64,000 nt of DNA from Eledone cirrhosa (Eukaryota): the NCBI GenBank assembly GCA_964016885.1, contig OZ024741.1:49786001-49850000 (forward strand), read 5' to 3'. Below the pieces are notes generated by a model. It did no database searches, had not been told where the DNA came from, and saw nothing but the letters and a program-made list of their open reading frames with translations. Below are positions 1 through 14,534 of this stretch, piece after piece (position 1 is the stretch's first letter; every line of letters begins with the position of its first letter). Both the position numbers and the translations under genes were made by a program.

Positions 1-3000
1 ATCTATGGTACAGTATAGTACAACATACTATGATATTGTCATCTATGGTACAGTATAGTACAACATACTATGGTATTGTCATCTATGGTACAGTATAGTA
101 CAACATACTATAACATTGTCATCTATGGTACAGTATAGTACAACATACTAGGATATTGTCATCTATGGTACAGTATAGTCCAAGATACTATGATATTGTC
201 ATCTATGGTACAGTATAGTACAACATACTATGATATTGTCATCTATGGTACAGTATAGTACAACATACTATAACATTGTCATCTATGGTACAGTATAGTA
301 CAACTTACTATGATATTGTCATCTATGGTACAGTATAGTACAGCTTACTATAATATTGTCATCTATAGTACAGTATAGTACAGCTTACTATGATATTGTC
401 ATCTATAGTACAGTATAGTACAACATACTATGATATTGTCATCTATGTACAGTATAGTACAGCTTACTATGATATTGTCATCTATGGTACAGTATAGTAC
501 AGCTTACTATGATATTGTCATCTATGGTAAAGTATAGTACAGCAAACTATAACATTGTCATCTATGGTACAGTATAGTACAACATACTATAATATTGTCA
601 TCTATGGTACAGTATAGTACAGCTTACTATGATATTGTCATCTATGGTACAGTATAGTATAACATACTATAATATTGTCATCTATGGTACAGTATAGTAC
701 AACTTACTATGATATTGTCATCTATGGTACAGTATAGTACAGCTTACTATGATATTGTCATCTATGGTACAGTATAGTACAGCTTACTATGATATTGTCA
801 TCTATGGTACAGTATAGTACAGCTTACTATGATATTGTCATCTATGGTACAGTATAGTACAGCTTACTATAATATTGTCATCTATGGTATAGTATAGTAC
901 AGCTTACTATGATATTGTCATCTATGGTACAGTATAGTACAACATACTATAATATTGTCATCTATGGTACAGTATAGTACAACATACTATGATATTGTCA
1001 TCTATGGTACAGTATAGTACAACATACTATGATATTGTCATCTATAGTACAGTATAGTACAACTTACTATGATATTGTCATCTATGGTACAGTATAGTAC
1101 AACATACTATAATATTGTCATCTATGGTACAGTATAGTACAACATACTATGATATTGTCATCTATGATACAGTATAGTACAACTTACTATGATATTGTCA
1201 TCTATAGTACAGTATAGTACAACTTACTATGATATTGTCATCTATTGTACAGTATAGTACAGCTTACTATGATATTGTCATCTATGGTACAGTATAGTAC
1301 AACATACTATGATATTGTCATCTATGGTACAGTATAGTACAACATACTATAATATTGTCATCTATGGTACAGTATAGTATAGCATACTATGATATTGTCA
1401 TCTATGGTACAGTATAGTACAACATACTATAACATTGTCATCTATAGTACAGTATAGTACAACATACTATAATATTGTCATCTATGGTACAGTATAGTAC
1501 AGCTTACTATGATATTGTCATCTATGGTACAGTATAGTACAGCTTACTATGGTATTGTCATCTATAGTACAGTATAGTACAGCTTACTATAATATTGTCA
1601 TCTATAGTACAGTATAGTACAGCATACTATGATATTGTCATCTATAGTACAGTATAGTACAGCTTACTATAATATTGTCATCTATAGTTCAGTATAGTAC
1701 AGCTTACTATAATATTGTCATCTATAGTACAGTATAGTACAGCTTACTATGGTATTGTCATCTATGGTACAGTATAGTACAGCTTACTATGGTATTGTCA
1801 TCTATGGTACAGTATAGTACAACATACTATAATATTGTCATCTATGGTACAGTATAGTACAACATACTATGATATTGTCATCTATGGTACAGTATAGTAC
1901 AGCAAACTATAATATTGTCATCTATGGTACAGTATAGTACAGCTTACTATGGTATTGTCATCTATGGTACAGTATAGTACAACATACTATGATATTGTCA
2001 TCTATGGTACAGTATAGTACAGCAAACTATAATATTGTCATCTATGGTACAGTATAGTACAGCATACTATGATATTGTCATCTATGGTACAGTATAGTAC
2101 AACATACTATAATATTGTCATCTATGGTACAGTATAGTACAGCAAACTATAATATTGTCATCTATGGTACAGTATAGTATAGCTTACTATAATATTGTCA
2201 TCTATGGTACAGTATAGTACAGCTTACTATGGTATTGTCATCTATGGTACAGTATAGTACAGCTTACTATAATATTGTCATCTATAGTACAGTATAGTAC
2301 AGCTTATTATGGTACAGTATAGTAGAGCTTACTATGATATTGTCATCTATGGTAAAGTATAGTACAGCAAACTATAATATTGTCATCTATGGTACAGTAT
2401 AGTACAGCTTACTATGATATTGTCATCTATAGTACAGTATAGTACAGCTTACTATGATATTGTCATCTATAGTACAGTATAGTGCAGCTTACTATGATAT
2501 TGTCATCTATGGTACAGTATAGTACAGCTTACTATAATATTGTCATCTATAGTACAGTATAGTACAGCTTACTATGATATTGTCATCTATGGTACAGTAT
2601 AGTACAGCTTACTATGATATTGTCATCTATGGTAAAGTATAGTACAGCAAACTATAATATTGTCATCTATGGTACAGTATAGTACAGCTTACTATGATAT
2701 TGTCATCTATAGTACAGTATAGTACAGCTTACTATGATATTGTCATCTATAGTACAGTATAGTACAGCTTACTATGATATTGTCATCTATGGTACAGTAT
2801 AGTACAGCTTACTATAATATTGTCATCTATAGTACAGTATAGTACAGCTTACTATGATATTGTCATCTATGGTACAGTATAGTACAGCAAACTATAATAT
2901 TGTCATTTATGTACAGTATAGTACAACATACTATGATATTGTCATCTATGGTACAGTATAGTACAACTTACTATGATATTGTCTTCTATGGTACAGTATA

Positions 3001-6000
3001 GTACAACATACTATGATATTGTCATCTATGGTACAGTATAGTACAGCTTACTATGATATTGTCATCTATGGTACAGTATAGTACAACTTACTATGATATT
3101 GTCATCTATGGTACAGTATAGTACAACATACTATAACATTGTCATCTATGGTACAGTATAGTACAACATACTATAATATTGTCATCTATGGTACAGTATA
3201 GTACAGCTTACTAGGATATTGTCATCTATTGTACAGTATAGTACAACTTACTATGATATTGTCATCTATGGTACAGTATAGTACAACATACTATGATATT
3301 GTCATCTATGGTACAGTATAGTACAACTTACTATGATATTGTCATCTATGGTACAGTATAGTACAGCTTACTATGATATTGTCATCTATGGTACAGTATA
3401 GTACAACATACTAGGATATTGTCATCTATGGTACAGTATAGTACAACATACTAGGATATTGTCATCTATGGTACAGTATAGTACAACATACTATAATATT
3501 GTTATCTATGGTACAGTATAGTACAACATACTATGGTATTGTCATCTATGGTACAGTATAGTACAACATACTATGGTATTGTCATCTATGGTACAGTATA
3601 GTACAACATACTACGATATTGTCATCTATAGTACAGTATAGTACAGCTTACTACGATATTGTCATCTATAGTACAGTATAGTACAGCTTACTATAATATT
3701 GTCATCTATGGTACAGTATAGTACAGCTTACTACGATATTGTCATCTATAGTACAGTATAGTACAGCTTACTATAATATTGTCATCTATGGTACAGTATA
3801 GTACAACATACTATAATATTGTCATCTATAGTACAGTATAGTACAGCATACTATGATATTGTCATCTATAGAACAGTATAGTACAACATACTATAATATT
3901 GTCATCTATGGTACAGTATAGTACAACATACTATGATATTGTCATCTATGGTACAGTATAGTATAGCATACTATGATATTGTCATCTATGGTACAGTATA
4001 GTATAGCATACTATGATATTGTCATCTATGGTACAGTATAGTACAGCAAACTATAATATTGTCATCTATAGTACAGTATAGTATAACATACTATAATATT
4101 GTCATCTATAGTACAGTATAGTACAACATACTATGATATTGTCATCTATGGTACAGTATAGTACAACTTACTATGATATTGTCATCTATGGTACAGTATA
4201 GTACAGCTTACTATAATATTGTCATCTATGGTATAGTATAGTACAGCTTACTATAATATTGTCATGTATAGTACAGTATAGTACAACATACTATGATATT
4301 GTCATCTATGGTATAGTATAGTACAGCTTACTATAATATTGTCATGTATAGTACAGTATAGTATAACATACTATAATATTGTCATCTATGGTACAGTATA
4401 GTACAGCTTACTACGATATTGTCATCTATAGTACAGTATAGTACAGCTTACTATAATATTGTCATGTATAGTACAGTATAGTATAACATACTATAATATT
4501 GTCATCTATAGTACAGTATAGTACAACATACTATAATATTGTCATCTATGGTACAGTATAGTACAGCTTACTATGATATTGTCATCTATGGTACAGTATA
4601 GTACAGCTTACTATGATATTGTCATCTATGGTACAGTATAGTACAACATACTATAACATTGTCATCTATAGTACAGTATAGTACAACATACTATGATATT
4701 GTCATCTATGGTACAGTATAGTACAGCTTACTATAACATTGTCATCTATGGTACAGTATAGTATAACATACTATAATATTGTCATATATGGTACAGTATA
4801 GTACAGCTTACTATAATATTGTCATCTATGGCACAGTATAGTACAGCTTACTATAATATTGTCATCTATAGTACAGTATAGTACAACATACTATGATATT
4901 GTCATCTATGGTACAGTATAGTACAACATACTATGATATTGTCATCTATGGTACAGTATAGTACAGCTTACTATAATATTGTCATCTATAGTACAGTATA
5001 GTACAGCTTACTATGGTATTGTCATCTATGGTACAGTATAGTACAACATACTATGATATTGTCATCTATGGTACAGTATAGTACAACATACTATAATATT
5101 GTCATCTATGCTACAGTATAGTACAGCTTACTACGATATTGTCATCTATGGTACAGTATAGTACAGCTTACTATAATATTGTCATCTATGGTACAGTATA
5201 GTACAGCTTACTATGATATTGTCATCTATAGTACAGTATAGTACAACATACTATAATATTGTCATCTATGGTACAGTATAGTACAACATACTATAATATT
5301 GTCATCTATGGTACAGTATAGTACAGCTTACTATAATATTGTCATCTATGGTACAGTATAGTACAGCTTACTATGATATTGTCATCTATAGTACAGTATA
5401 GTACAACATACTATGATATTGTCATCTATGGTACAGTATAGTACAACTTACTATGATATTGTCATCTATGGTACAGTATAGTACAACATACTATAATATT
5501 GTCATCTATGGTACAGTATAGTACAGCTTACTATGATATTGTCTTCTATGGTACAGTATAGTACAGCAAACTATAATATTGTCATCTATGGTACAGTATA
5601 GTACAACTTACTATGATATTGTCATCTATGGTACAGTATAGTACAGCTTACTATGGTACAGTATAGTACAGCTTACTATAATATTGTCATCTATGGTATA
5701 GTATAGTACAGCTTACTATGATATTGTCATCTATGGTACAGTATAGTACAGCTTACTATAATATTGTCTTCTATGGTACAGTATAGTACAACATACTATA
5801 ATATTGTCATCTATGGTACAGTATAGTACAGCTTACTATAATATTGTCATCTATGGTACAGTATAGTACAGCTTACTATAATATTGTCTTCTATGGTACA
5901 GTATAGTACAACATACTATAATATTGTCATCTATGGTACAGTATAGTACAGCTTACTATGATATTGTCATCTATGGTACAGTATAGTACAGCTTACTATG

Positions 6001-7190
6001 ATATTGTCATCTATGGTATAGTATAGTACAGCTTACTATGATATTGTCATCTATGTACAGTATAGTACAGCTTACTATGATATTGTCATCTATGGTACAG
6101 TATAGTACAGCTTACTATGGTACAGTATAGTACAGCTTACTATAATATTGTCATCTATGGTATAGTATAGTACAGCTTACTATGATATTGTCATCTATGT
6201 ACAGTATAGTACAGCTTACTATGATATTGTCATCTATGGTACAGTATAGTACAGCTTACTATGGTACAGTATAGTACAGCTTACTATAATATTGTCATCT
6301 ATGGTATAGTATAGTACAGCTTACTATGATATTGTCATCTATGTACAGTATAGTACAGCTTACTATGATATTGTCATCTATGGTACAGTATAGTACAGCT
6401 TACTATGGTACAGTATAGTACAGCTTACTATAATATTGTCATCTATGGTACAGTATAGTACAGCTTACTATAATATTGTCATCTATGGTACAGTATAGTA
6501 CAACATACTATGATATTGTCATCTATGGTACAGTATAGTACAGCTTACTATGGTATTGTCATCTATGGTACAGTATAGTAGAGCTTACTATAATATTGTC
6601 ATCTATGGTACAGTATAGTACAGCAAACTATAATATTGTCATCTATGGTACAGTATAGTACAGCAAACTATAATATTGTCATCTATGGTACAGTATAGTA
6701 CAACATACTATGATATTGTCATCTATGGTACAGTATAGTACAACAAACTATAATATTGTCATCTATGGTACAGTATAGTACAACTTACTATGATATTGTC
6801 ATCTATGGTACAGTATAGTACAGCTTACTATGATATTGTCATCTATGGTACAGTATACTACAACTTACTATGATATTGTCATCTATGGTACAGTATAGTA
6901 CAGCTTACTATGATATTGTCATCTATGGTACAGTATAGTACAACATACTATGATATTGTCATCTATGGTACAGTATAGTACAGCAAACTATAATATTATC
7001 ATCTATAGTACAGTATAGTACAACTTACTATGATATTGTCATCTATGGTACAGTATAGTACAGCAAACTATAATATTATCATCTATAGTACAGTATAGTA
7101 CAGCTTACTATGATATTGTCATCTATGGTACAGTATAGTACAGCAAACTATGGTATTGTCATTTATGGTATAGTATAATACAGTATAATA
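1..7190. repeat. 40-bp tandem satellite, about 180 units, open at the window start
   Basis: Unit TGTCATCTATGGTACAGTATAGTACA(ACAT/GCTT)ACTATGATAT repeated continuously, with occasional 39- and 25-nt units. Confidence 0.98.
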
Positions 7191-7285
7191 CAACATAATT
7201 CAGTGTTTGTTTCATTAAACTAACAAAACAAATTTTCGTGTTAGGCATTGTTTTATTTCTTTACATTTTTTTTTTATTCTTACAG

Positions 7286-7405
7286 GGCTGAATGTGAGTC
7301 ATCGCTATCTAACAACTGGCAGAAAAAGTGTTACCCTTTACGCAAAGAACAAAGGACATACAATCTCCACATCGAAGGAGGCATTTGGATGGAATAAGAT
7401 TTCAA
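7286..7405 (+). CDS. PKD1L1: Exon A, C-terminal half of a PKD domain (LNVSHRYLTTGRKSVTLYAKNKGHTISTSKEAFGWNKIS)
   Basis: ttcttacag acceptor, gtaag donor, 120 nt, phase 1-1; SHxY..G...VTLxAxN PKD pattern. Confidence 0.85.
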
Positions 7406-8663
7406 GTAAGGTCCAAAAAAGACTAACAACTCGAAAAATATATTTTATTCTCATGGTATATTAAATGCTGTAGTACAGGGATCCCTAACCTGTGGTCCTA
7501 AATCTGCACACAGCCCTTAAGGATGTTCAGTGTGACCCTCAGAACAAGATATTATGCTCTTATCCAGCAGATTGCTTGTTGCCAGCAACTGCATGACAGG
7601 ATTTTTTGCTACTTTTCAAATATTTGCAACAATTTTAATAATTCAAACTTCTTTGCAAAGTAGTTATAGTAGTAATAATCTATATAAAAGGAAACCTGTT
7701 TCTCTATCTCTCAGTTTGTCAGTCACACTTCATATGTATATATGTGTGTGTGTGGAAAAAATTCAACATATAGGTAGCGTAACTAAAAAGGGACAAAAAA
7801 CATGTGTATGTTTCTCTATGTCCTTCTACATATAGATAACGCGACGGACTTCAAAAGACTTTCTCAAGAAAAGACGTGTGTCTAACGTGTTTTGATTGAA
7901 AATGCGGCAATTTTAAGTGCAAGTCCGTCATAATAAATGGACTGTCTTCGATAGTGTGGTTACTTCTATGTGGCCCTCATTTAAATTTGGAATGTTAATG
8001 TGGCCCTTTCATACAAAACATTTGGGGACCTCTGCTGTAGTATATAATGATATTGTCTGAATGTGTTACTACAAACTGCAGTGTGCCTCTTTACATATGT
8101 ATTTGTTGAATTGTTCATTAAAGTGATCAGCTGGTAGATTTCTCTTCTATCAATAAATATAACTATTCTATATCATTCTTTAATTAATTTTCAAAATATT
8201 TCATCTTTGTAAAATGCAATGTTATTCATATATATATTTATATATTTATATATATATAAAGTTATACCCCTTTACAATCTGAGTTAAAATCTTGCCATGG
8301 TTAGCTTTCCCTTTCATCCTTACGGAGTCGATAAAACAAAGTACCAGTAATTCACTGGGGTCGATTTAATCGACTTTCCCCTCCCCCCTAAAATTGTTGA
8401 CCTTGTGCCTAAATCATAAACCAATATTACATTGATATATTATTAACTAAGTTTATTTTGTATTATTATAAGAACATTGAATAGATATGAAGATAGATAA
8501 GATTATAGGACTCTAGATTAACATTAACCTTCTCGACATCAAGTTGAAATGTCAGGAAGAACAAGCTTTGTTTTTCATTCCTCAAATTCAGTTACTATTG
8601 TAATCTCTAATCTGAAAAATGTCTAATTTATTTGATTCTTTAATTGATTTGATGAAATTACAG

Positions 8664-8850
8664 GTGTTCATCTCAAGAATAATGGTTCCACCATGAAGGA
8701 AGTTGTCAGGGAACCCATCTTGTTTGAAGCAGTTCTTGCCCCTAATATCAAAGATACTTTAAAATACATGAAATGGGATTTAGGTAACGATAAAAATGAT
8801 ATATTGACACGCACACCCTCATACAAAACTGTTTATCATCAAAGTGGTAG
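8664..8850 (+). CDS. PKD1L1: Exon B, PKD domain (VHLKNNGSTMKEVVREPILFEAVL...YMKWDLGND...TVYHQSGR)
   Basis: ttacag acceptor, gtaagt donor, phase 1-2; WDLGND variant of WDFGDG. Confidence 0.85.
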
Positions 8851-9889
8851 GTAAGTGAATGTTGTCTAAATCAGACTTTTTAAATCTAATTTGTAAATAG
8901 TAAAGAATAGTCTTATATTTGGGGAGAGTCATGTCCTAATATTACCAAAAAATAGTAAAACACACTCAATGTTTGGTTTAGTTTTTGTTCAGTATATTTT
9001 TATATTTCTGTAAATAATTTGGCTGGCAATCGATGTTTATCATTGATTGACCAACAGTTAAAAATATAATTATAAATAGAAATTCTCAAAGTTCTTTCAT
9101 CACACGTTTTTCTGTGACATCTTCAGTGATTATTGCTGTGTTTTTTGGTAATATTAAGATAATATAACCCACACCAAATATAACACACCATTCTATATTT
9201 TTTTTTAAACTTGCAAAACAAATACATCACCACCAAAGAATATTCTAAGTGTTTGACTGTTAAAAACTGGAATGTTAAAATTGGGAAACTGAATATCTGA
9301 TAGTTTTAATGTCACCAAGCTATCAAGCAAAGCAGTAAATAATTCACTATACAATATTTGCTTCTCCACATGAATGTATGGGCTTAATCTTCTAGCATTT
9401 ACATCACTCTATACTTATTATTGTATTTTTGTGGTAAAGGCTTTACCTCACATAATATCTGACATAATATTGAATCTATGAGATTTTGATATTATTTATT
9501 TTGAGGACAATGCCTTAACTTAAGTATGAGTGGTCAGTTATGGCCGGTTTGAACAGAAACAGGTGAGAGAATTCTGGCCGGATACGGCCAGTTTAAATGC
9601 TAAAGGATTAAACAATAATTTTGTCTTTTGATTATTTATAAATCATTAGGGTAAGCTTGCTGCTATTGGCAGCTATTGCTTCTTAGCCCATGCTGCTAGC
9701 AACATCAATAATCATCATCATCATTTCATTTTACGTCCGCTTTTCCCTGCTTGCAAGGGTGGGACGGGAACTGATACTGGCTTGATTTCTACAGCTGGAT
9801 GCCCTTCCTAACACCAACCTCATTTACAGTGAGTGCTGGGTGCTTTTTTGCCGTGGCACCTACACGACCACTTTGCAGTGGAATGATAA

Positions 9890-10050
9890 GGACCTCAGTC
9901 CCTATCATCTCATTTCTACAGCTGAGTAAACTGGAGCAATGTGAAATAAAGTGTCTTGCTCAAGGAAACAACACACCACCCGGTCTGAGAATTGAACTCA
10001 CAACCTTTCGATTGCAAGGCCAATGCTCTAACCACTAAGCCATGTGCCTC
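9890..10050 (-). mobile_element. Second tRNA-derived SINE family (CORE-like); related copies ~16890-17165, 50640-50772, 61180-61497
   Basis: Reverse strand reads ggaggcacatggcttagtggttagagc...gagttcaattctc...ttccttgagcaagacacttta. Confidence 0.7.
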
Positions 10051-10976
10051 CAATGTTTACTATATATAGCAACTGTTCTAACTTTAAATAGTTATTAAAT
10101 ATAATTATATCAAGACAAATATTTAAAGACAAAACAATGTAAAATAAAAGCATGTTTGATATATGTAAACATTTAACCCTTTAGCATTTACCTTACTTTA
10201 TATTTACTATTGTATTTTAATGGTAAACATTTTATCTCACGTAATATCGAATCTACGAAATCTTATACAATACTAAACAACTTGTAAAAACAAGTTGTTT
10301 TAATTATTTAGCTCAAATTAAAAAAAAAAAACAGACAATATCCTTCTTGACTAGTGAGGTGAAAATAGTTGTATAGCTTGGAACTTTTAGAGGTCAATTG
10401 TTGTGGAGAAAATAGACAAGGAAGATCAGAAGTTACAGCTATGAAGAGATTAAGAAAAGTGTTTAGTACAGAGTTTGGTGAGTCAGTTACAATAGGGAAT
10501 ATGAGTGGAGCACAGGTAACTATATTGCAGAAAGATGGAGGTTCATTACATTGAGGCGGGTTAGTTGTTATGTATTAATAGCAGGAAAAAAGCCTTAACG
10601 TTTCAGACTCTAGTCCTTCATCAGAAGGTAGAGTTAGAAATAGAAGATAAAAAGTGAGAAGAGGAAGGAATGGGGGAAAACACATGTTTATTCAGTAAGC
10701 CATTTGGAATATATATATATAGTTTAGAGACTGTAATTTTTAAGTTACTGTTGGTTCACCAAAGTGAGCACTCAATGTGTAGCCTCCAGTATGCACTTTG
10801 GCGTTGTACTCAGCAAAATATAATGATAATAATAAGCATGGACAAGATGTCAAATTTTCATTACGTTTATTCAGGTGTGATGTGCGTTTTGCAATTGATC
10901 AGCTCAAGGTTTGATCTCTACCGATCAGACTCGACTCTGGAATCAAAAGCTCATCAGACTTATGTTAGCATAATGT

Positions 10977-11034
<58 letters not shown>

Positions 11035-11623
11035 TTGTCTTGTCATACACTTCAGCTGTTTAGAACACAACTTTAGATGCATATTTCATCATCATTGAGT
11101 GAAAGTTTGCCTAGCAACCGGATGCCTCTTTTGAAGATGCAATGTAAAACTTACATTTAGATTTATTATAAAATTTTGAAATACTTCTTTTAGTTTTAGC
11201 CCTTTACCATTTACATTACTCTATATTTACTATAATGTTTTCATGGTAAAGGCTTTACTTCACATAATTATCTCACATAATATAGAATCTATGAGATTTG
11301 ATATCATTTATTTTAAGAACCTCAAATCCCGCCATGGTTAACTTTTCCTTTCATCCTTACGGTGTCGATCACCAGTAATGCACTGGGATAATTGCTGGCC
11401 TTCTGCCAAAAGTAGAAACAATTATTTATTTTGAGAACAGTACTTTAACATCAGTATGAGCAGCTGGTTACAGCTGGTTTGAATAGAAAGAGATGAGAGA
11501 ATTCTGGCCAGATATGGCCAGTTTAAATGCTAAAGGGTTAAAGCAATTTTCTATGAACAATAGAATTTCAATGTAAAATTACTTTCTTGTCTTTTGAGAC
11601 ATCTTCAATGTTTATTTTCCTAG

Positions 11624-11863
11624 GTACACTGTCACAGTTGAGGCATTTAATGATTTTAGCAGTGCAGTTTCAGAACCCCTCGAAGTACAAGTGTTTTCTA
11701 AAATATTATCATTAGAAATAATCATATCAGGCCCAGTAATTGTCAATGATTCAACTGAGTTTTCATCATACTACTACTCAGGATCAGATTTAAGTTATCT
11801 GTGGAATTTTGGTGATGGTACACCCGAGGAATATGAAAGAACAGTCTATCATATTTTCAACAG
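11624..11863 (+). CDS. PKD1L1: Exon C, PKD domains (YTVTVEAFNDFSS...GSDLSYLWNFGDGTPEEYERTVYHIFNR)
   Basis: ttttcctag acceptor, gtttag donor, 240 nt, phase 2-2; canonical WNFGDG. Confidence 0.92.
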
Positions 11864-11924
11864 GTTTAGTATACTTAATTTTAATTTTCTTATGTTATCG
11901 TTGAGTAAATTTTAAAATTGTAAT

Positions 11925-12325
11925 TTTTCTTCTTCTTTTCTTCTTTGCCCACTTATTCCTGAAAGAGTCGTGGGGGGGCAGAGTCTTCAAACACTCTTCT
12001 TAGTGGGTCCTGTCAGAAGCAACCATCTCCAACTGATCCAGCTGGAGCCCCAAGTGTGACCAACCAAGCTCATGGATGTTATCCAGCCATCTTGCTCATG
12101 GTCTACCCCCTCTGGGTCTCTTGCCAGTTGGTTTTGCCCGTAAAATCTGTCCAGCGATTCTTTCCTGAGACATTCTAACCACATGCCCATAGTATCGGAA
12201 CTGTGATCTCTCAATTTGGAGAAGTAGTGGCTCTACCTGGAGTGACTCTTTGATCTCCAAGCTATGCACTTTATCGAATAACATTACTCCAAAGACCCTT
12301 TGGAGGAATCCCATTTCAACCTGTC
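11925..12325 (-). mobile_element. RTE-like LINE 3' fragment; related copy ~50905-51180
   Basis: IERSQFRYYGHVVRMSQERI...KPTGKRPRG; (AAG)n tail. Confidence 0.75.
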
Positions 12326-13308
12326 AATTCTTCCTCTATCTCTCTTTATATATTTGGAAGGAGAAGAAGGGCAGCACCTATGACCTTTGTAAATCCTTCC
12401 AGACTGGTGAAGTCAATGCAGTTGATTATCAATTTCAGCTTCTCTAAATTGATGCCACTAGATGAAAAATAAGGTGAGAAGAGAGAACATTCCAACAAGG
12501 ATTGGAATGGAGGTTGATCTGGAGAGGAAGGTTCAATAAAAGTGTTTAGTGTAAAGTCTCAAGAATGATATACTGTACAGAAAAGTGTTTAGTATAAGGT
12601 TTGAGAGATGAGACACTGTATAGATAACAAGAGTTGAGGAGAGGTAAGTTAATCATCTGAGTTTTGGAGGAGATGGTCAGTGCCAGATCTAGGACAAATG
12701 AGGCCCTGTGCTAGTTAACTTATGAGGCCCCTTACTTGGGCTCTGAAAGAGGCAAAACATTTTTTTGGTAGGAGGATGTGCACACCTAAGCAGAATGGTA
12801 AATCCAGCTCTGGAGATGGTACTCAACCAGCTTGCTAGTTTAGAGCAGCAGAAGTCAGTTTGAATGAAGTAGAAAAAGTAGAGAAAATGCATCAATGATT
12901 TTAGTCAAAGAGGACAAAATAGCTTTTAACATGTTCATCCATATTGCTATTCTGCAAAATTTGATTGAACCAATGAGAGAGCTTCTATGTAACCACTTGA
13001 CCAGCTAGAAATTATAGCCAAATCTCCTTCAATCTACACTCTGTTGTTTTAAAAAAGAGAAGTCATAGATACACTGACATTTGAAAAATGGATGGGAATT
13101 CTTTTAATCATAATTTTTCTTGATCATGGCTTATCTGGATTTAAACAACAACAACAATAGTAAATATATCTCAATAATGTGTCCAGTATACAATTATATT
13201 AGTATGATAACCATTGCACTATTTAATCTATAGTATTGAGTTGTATCTGTTTTTTTATTAAATCAGTTGAACTTCAGATTAATGTGTCTTTTTGTTTCTG
13301 TTCTCTAG

Positions 13309-13441
13309 ATCTGGTGTGTATGATGTAACTTTAACAGTATTCAATGAAATCAGCCGAAGTGTTGACACAAAAAAGCTTTTTGTACTGGAATATCCTTGTT
13401 ACCCACCAGACGTTAATATCCTTGGTTCCAACAATCAAATA
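13309..13441 (+). CDS. PKD1L1: Exon D, end of last PKD domain and start of REJ (SGVYDVTLTVFNEISRSVDTKKLFVLEYPCYPPDVNILGSNNQI)
   Basis: ttctctag acceptor, gtaagt donor, phase 2-0. Confidence 0.92.
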
Positions 13442-14220
13442 GTAAGTCTCTTTTTAGCCATGCACTTACCATCTATGCAGATTACTACAGTAAGTTATAA
13501 TAGGAATGTCACAAATTTCCATTTTCTCTTTATAGATCTAAGTCTTTATATACGTATGTAAAACGTAAACAGAAATAACAAAAAGAACAAAACAAACGGG
13601 ACGGTATATGGAAGAAATATATTAGTTAAATGCTTGAAATAGCAGGAAGAGAGCGTTAACGTTTCGAACACTAATCCTTCATCAGAAGATAGTTAGAAAT
13701 AGAAGATAGATAGAAAATAAAGAGTGATAAGAAGGAACAGGGGAAATGGGAAAAAATATTGGGGAGAAAAAAAGACACAGTCTTTATATCTATACAAGTT
13801 GTTGATAAATTAATTAGTATTAATTGGTCTCTAAACTAACTCAGGATATTAAGGTTTCTTATTTTATCAGTGCCATTGTATTGATCAGACGACACATCTT
13901 ACAATATATCTGCTGACTGCTCAATACAGTGGAACTTGATTCATTCCTGATGGCCGTTCATCATCTGAAATGTTCGTAAACCCAAACTATTTATCCCATA
14001 TAAAATGTTGAGAGAGAAATACAGTGAAAGAGAAACAGTGTGTGAAAAAGACAGATAGATATCATCATAGTAACTAACTACACAGCAAGTGATGCTTTCC
14101 TGCCATTTTTTGCTGGCTTGCATGTTCGTTACTCAAGACATCATTTGTGAACCAAATTGTTTTATATTCAGAAATATTATTCATGATGAGAGGCACTTGT
14201 AAACTACCTCTCTCTCTCTC

Positions 14221-14255
<35 letters not shown>

Positions 14256-14534
14256 TACATATCTCTTACGATATATCTCCCTTATATTTTTCTCACATTC
14301 ATTCTTCAAGCTACGAGGCAAATTGGTTTATCGTATTACATTTAGCATGATTATGATAATACTACTGATGGTGTCTATCATCATCATCATCACTATTTAA
14401 CATCCATTTTTTCACGTTAGCATGGGTTAGATGTGTTGCCCCATTGTGAGACAAGCCAGGTTCAATGACCATGTTTTGCTCATACAGAACTGGTTTTGGT
14501 TTGGTTTCTATGGCTGGATGCCCTTCCTAACATC

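Noticed and set aside
1-7190. CRISPR-like array
   Set aside because: No unique spacers; units are contiguous near-identical 40-mers in a spliced eukaryotic gene context, with no cas genes.
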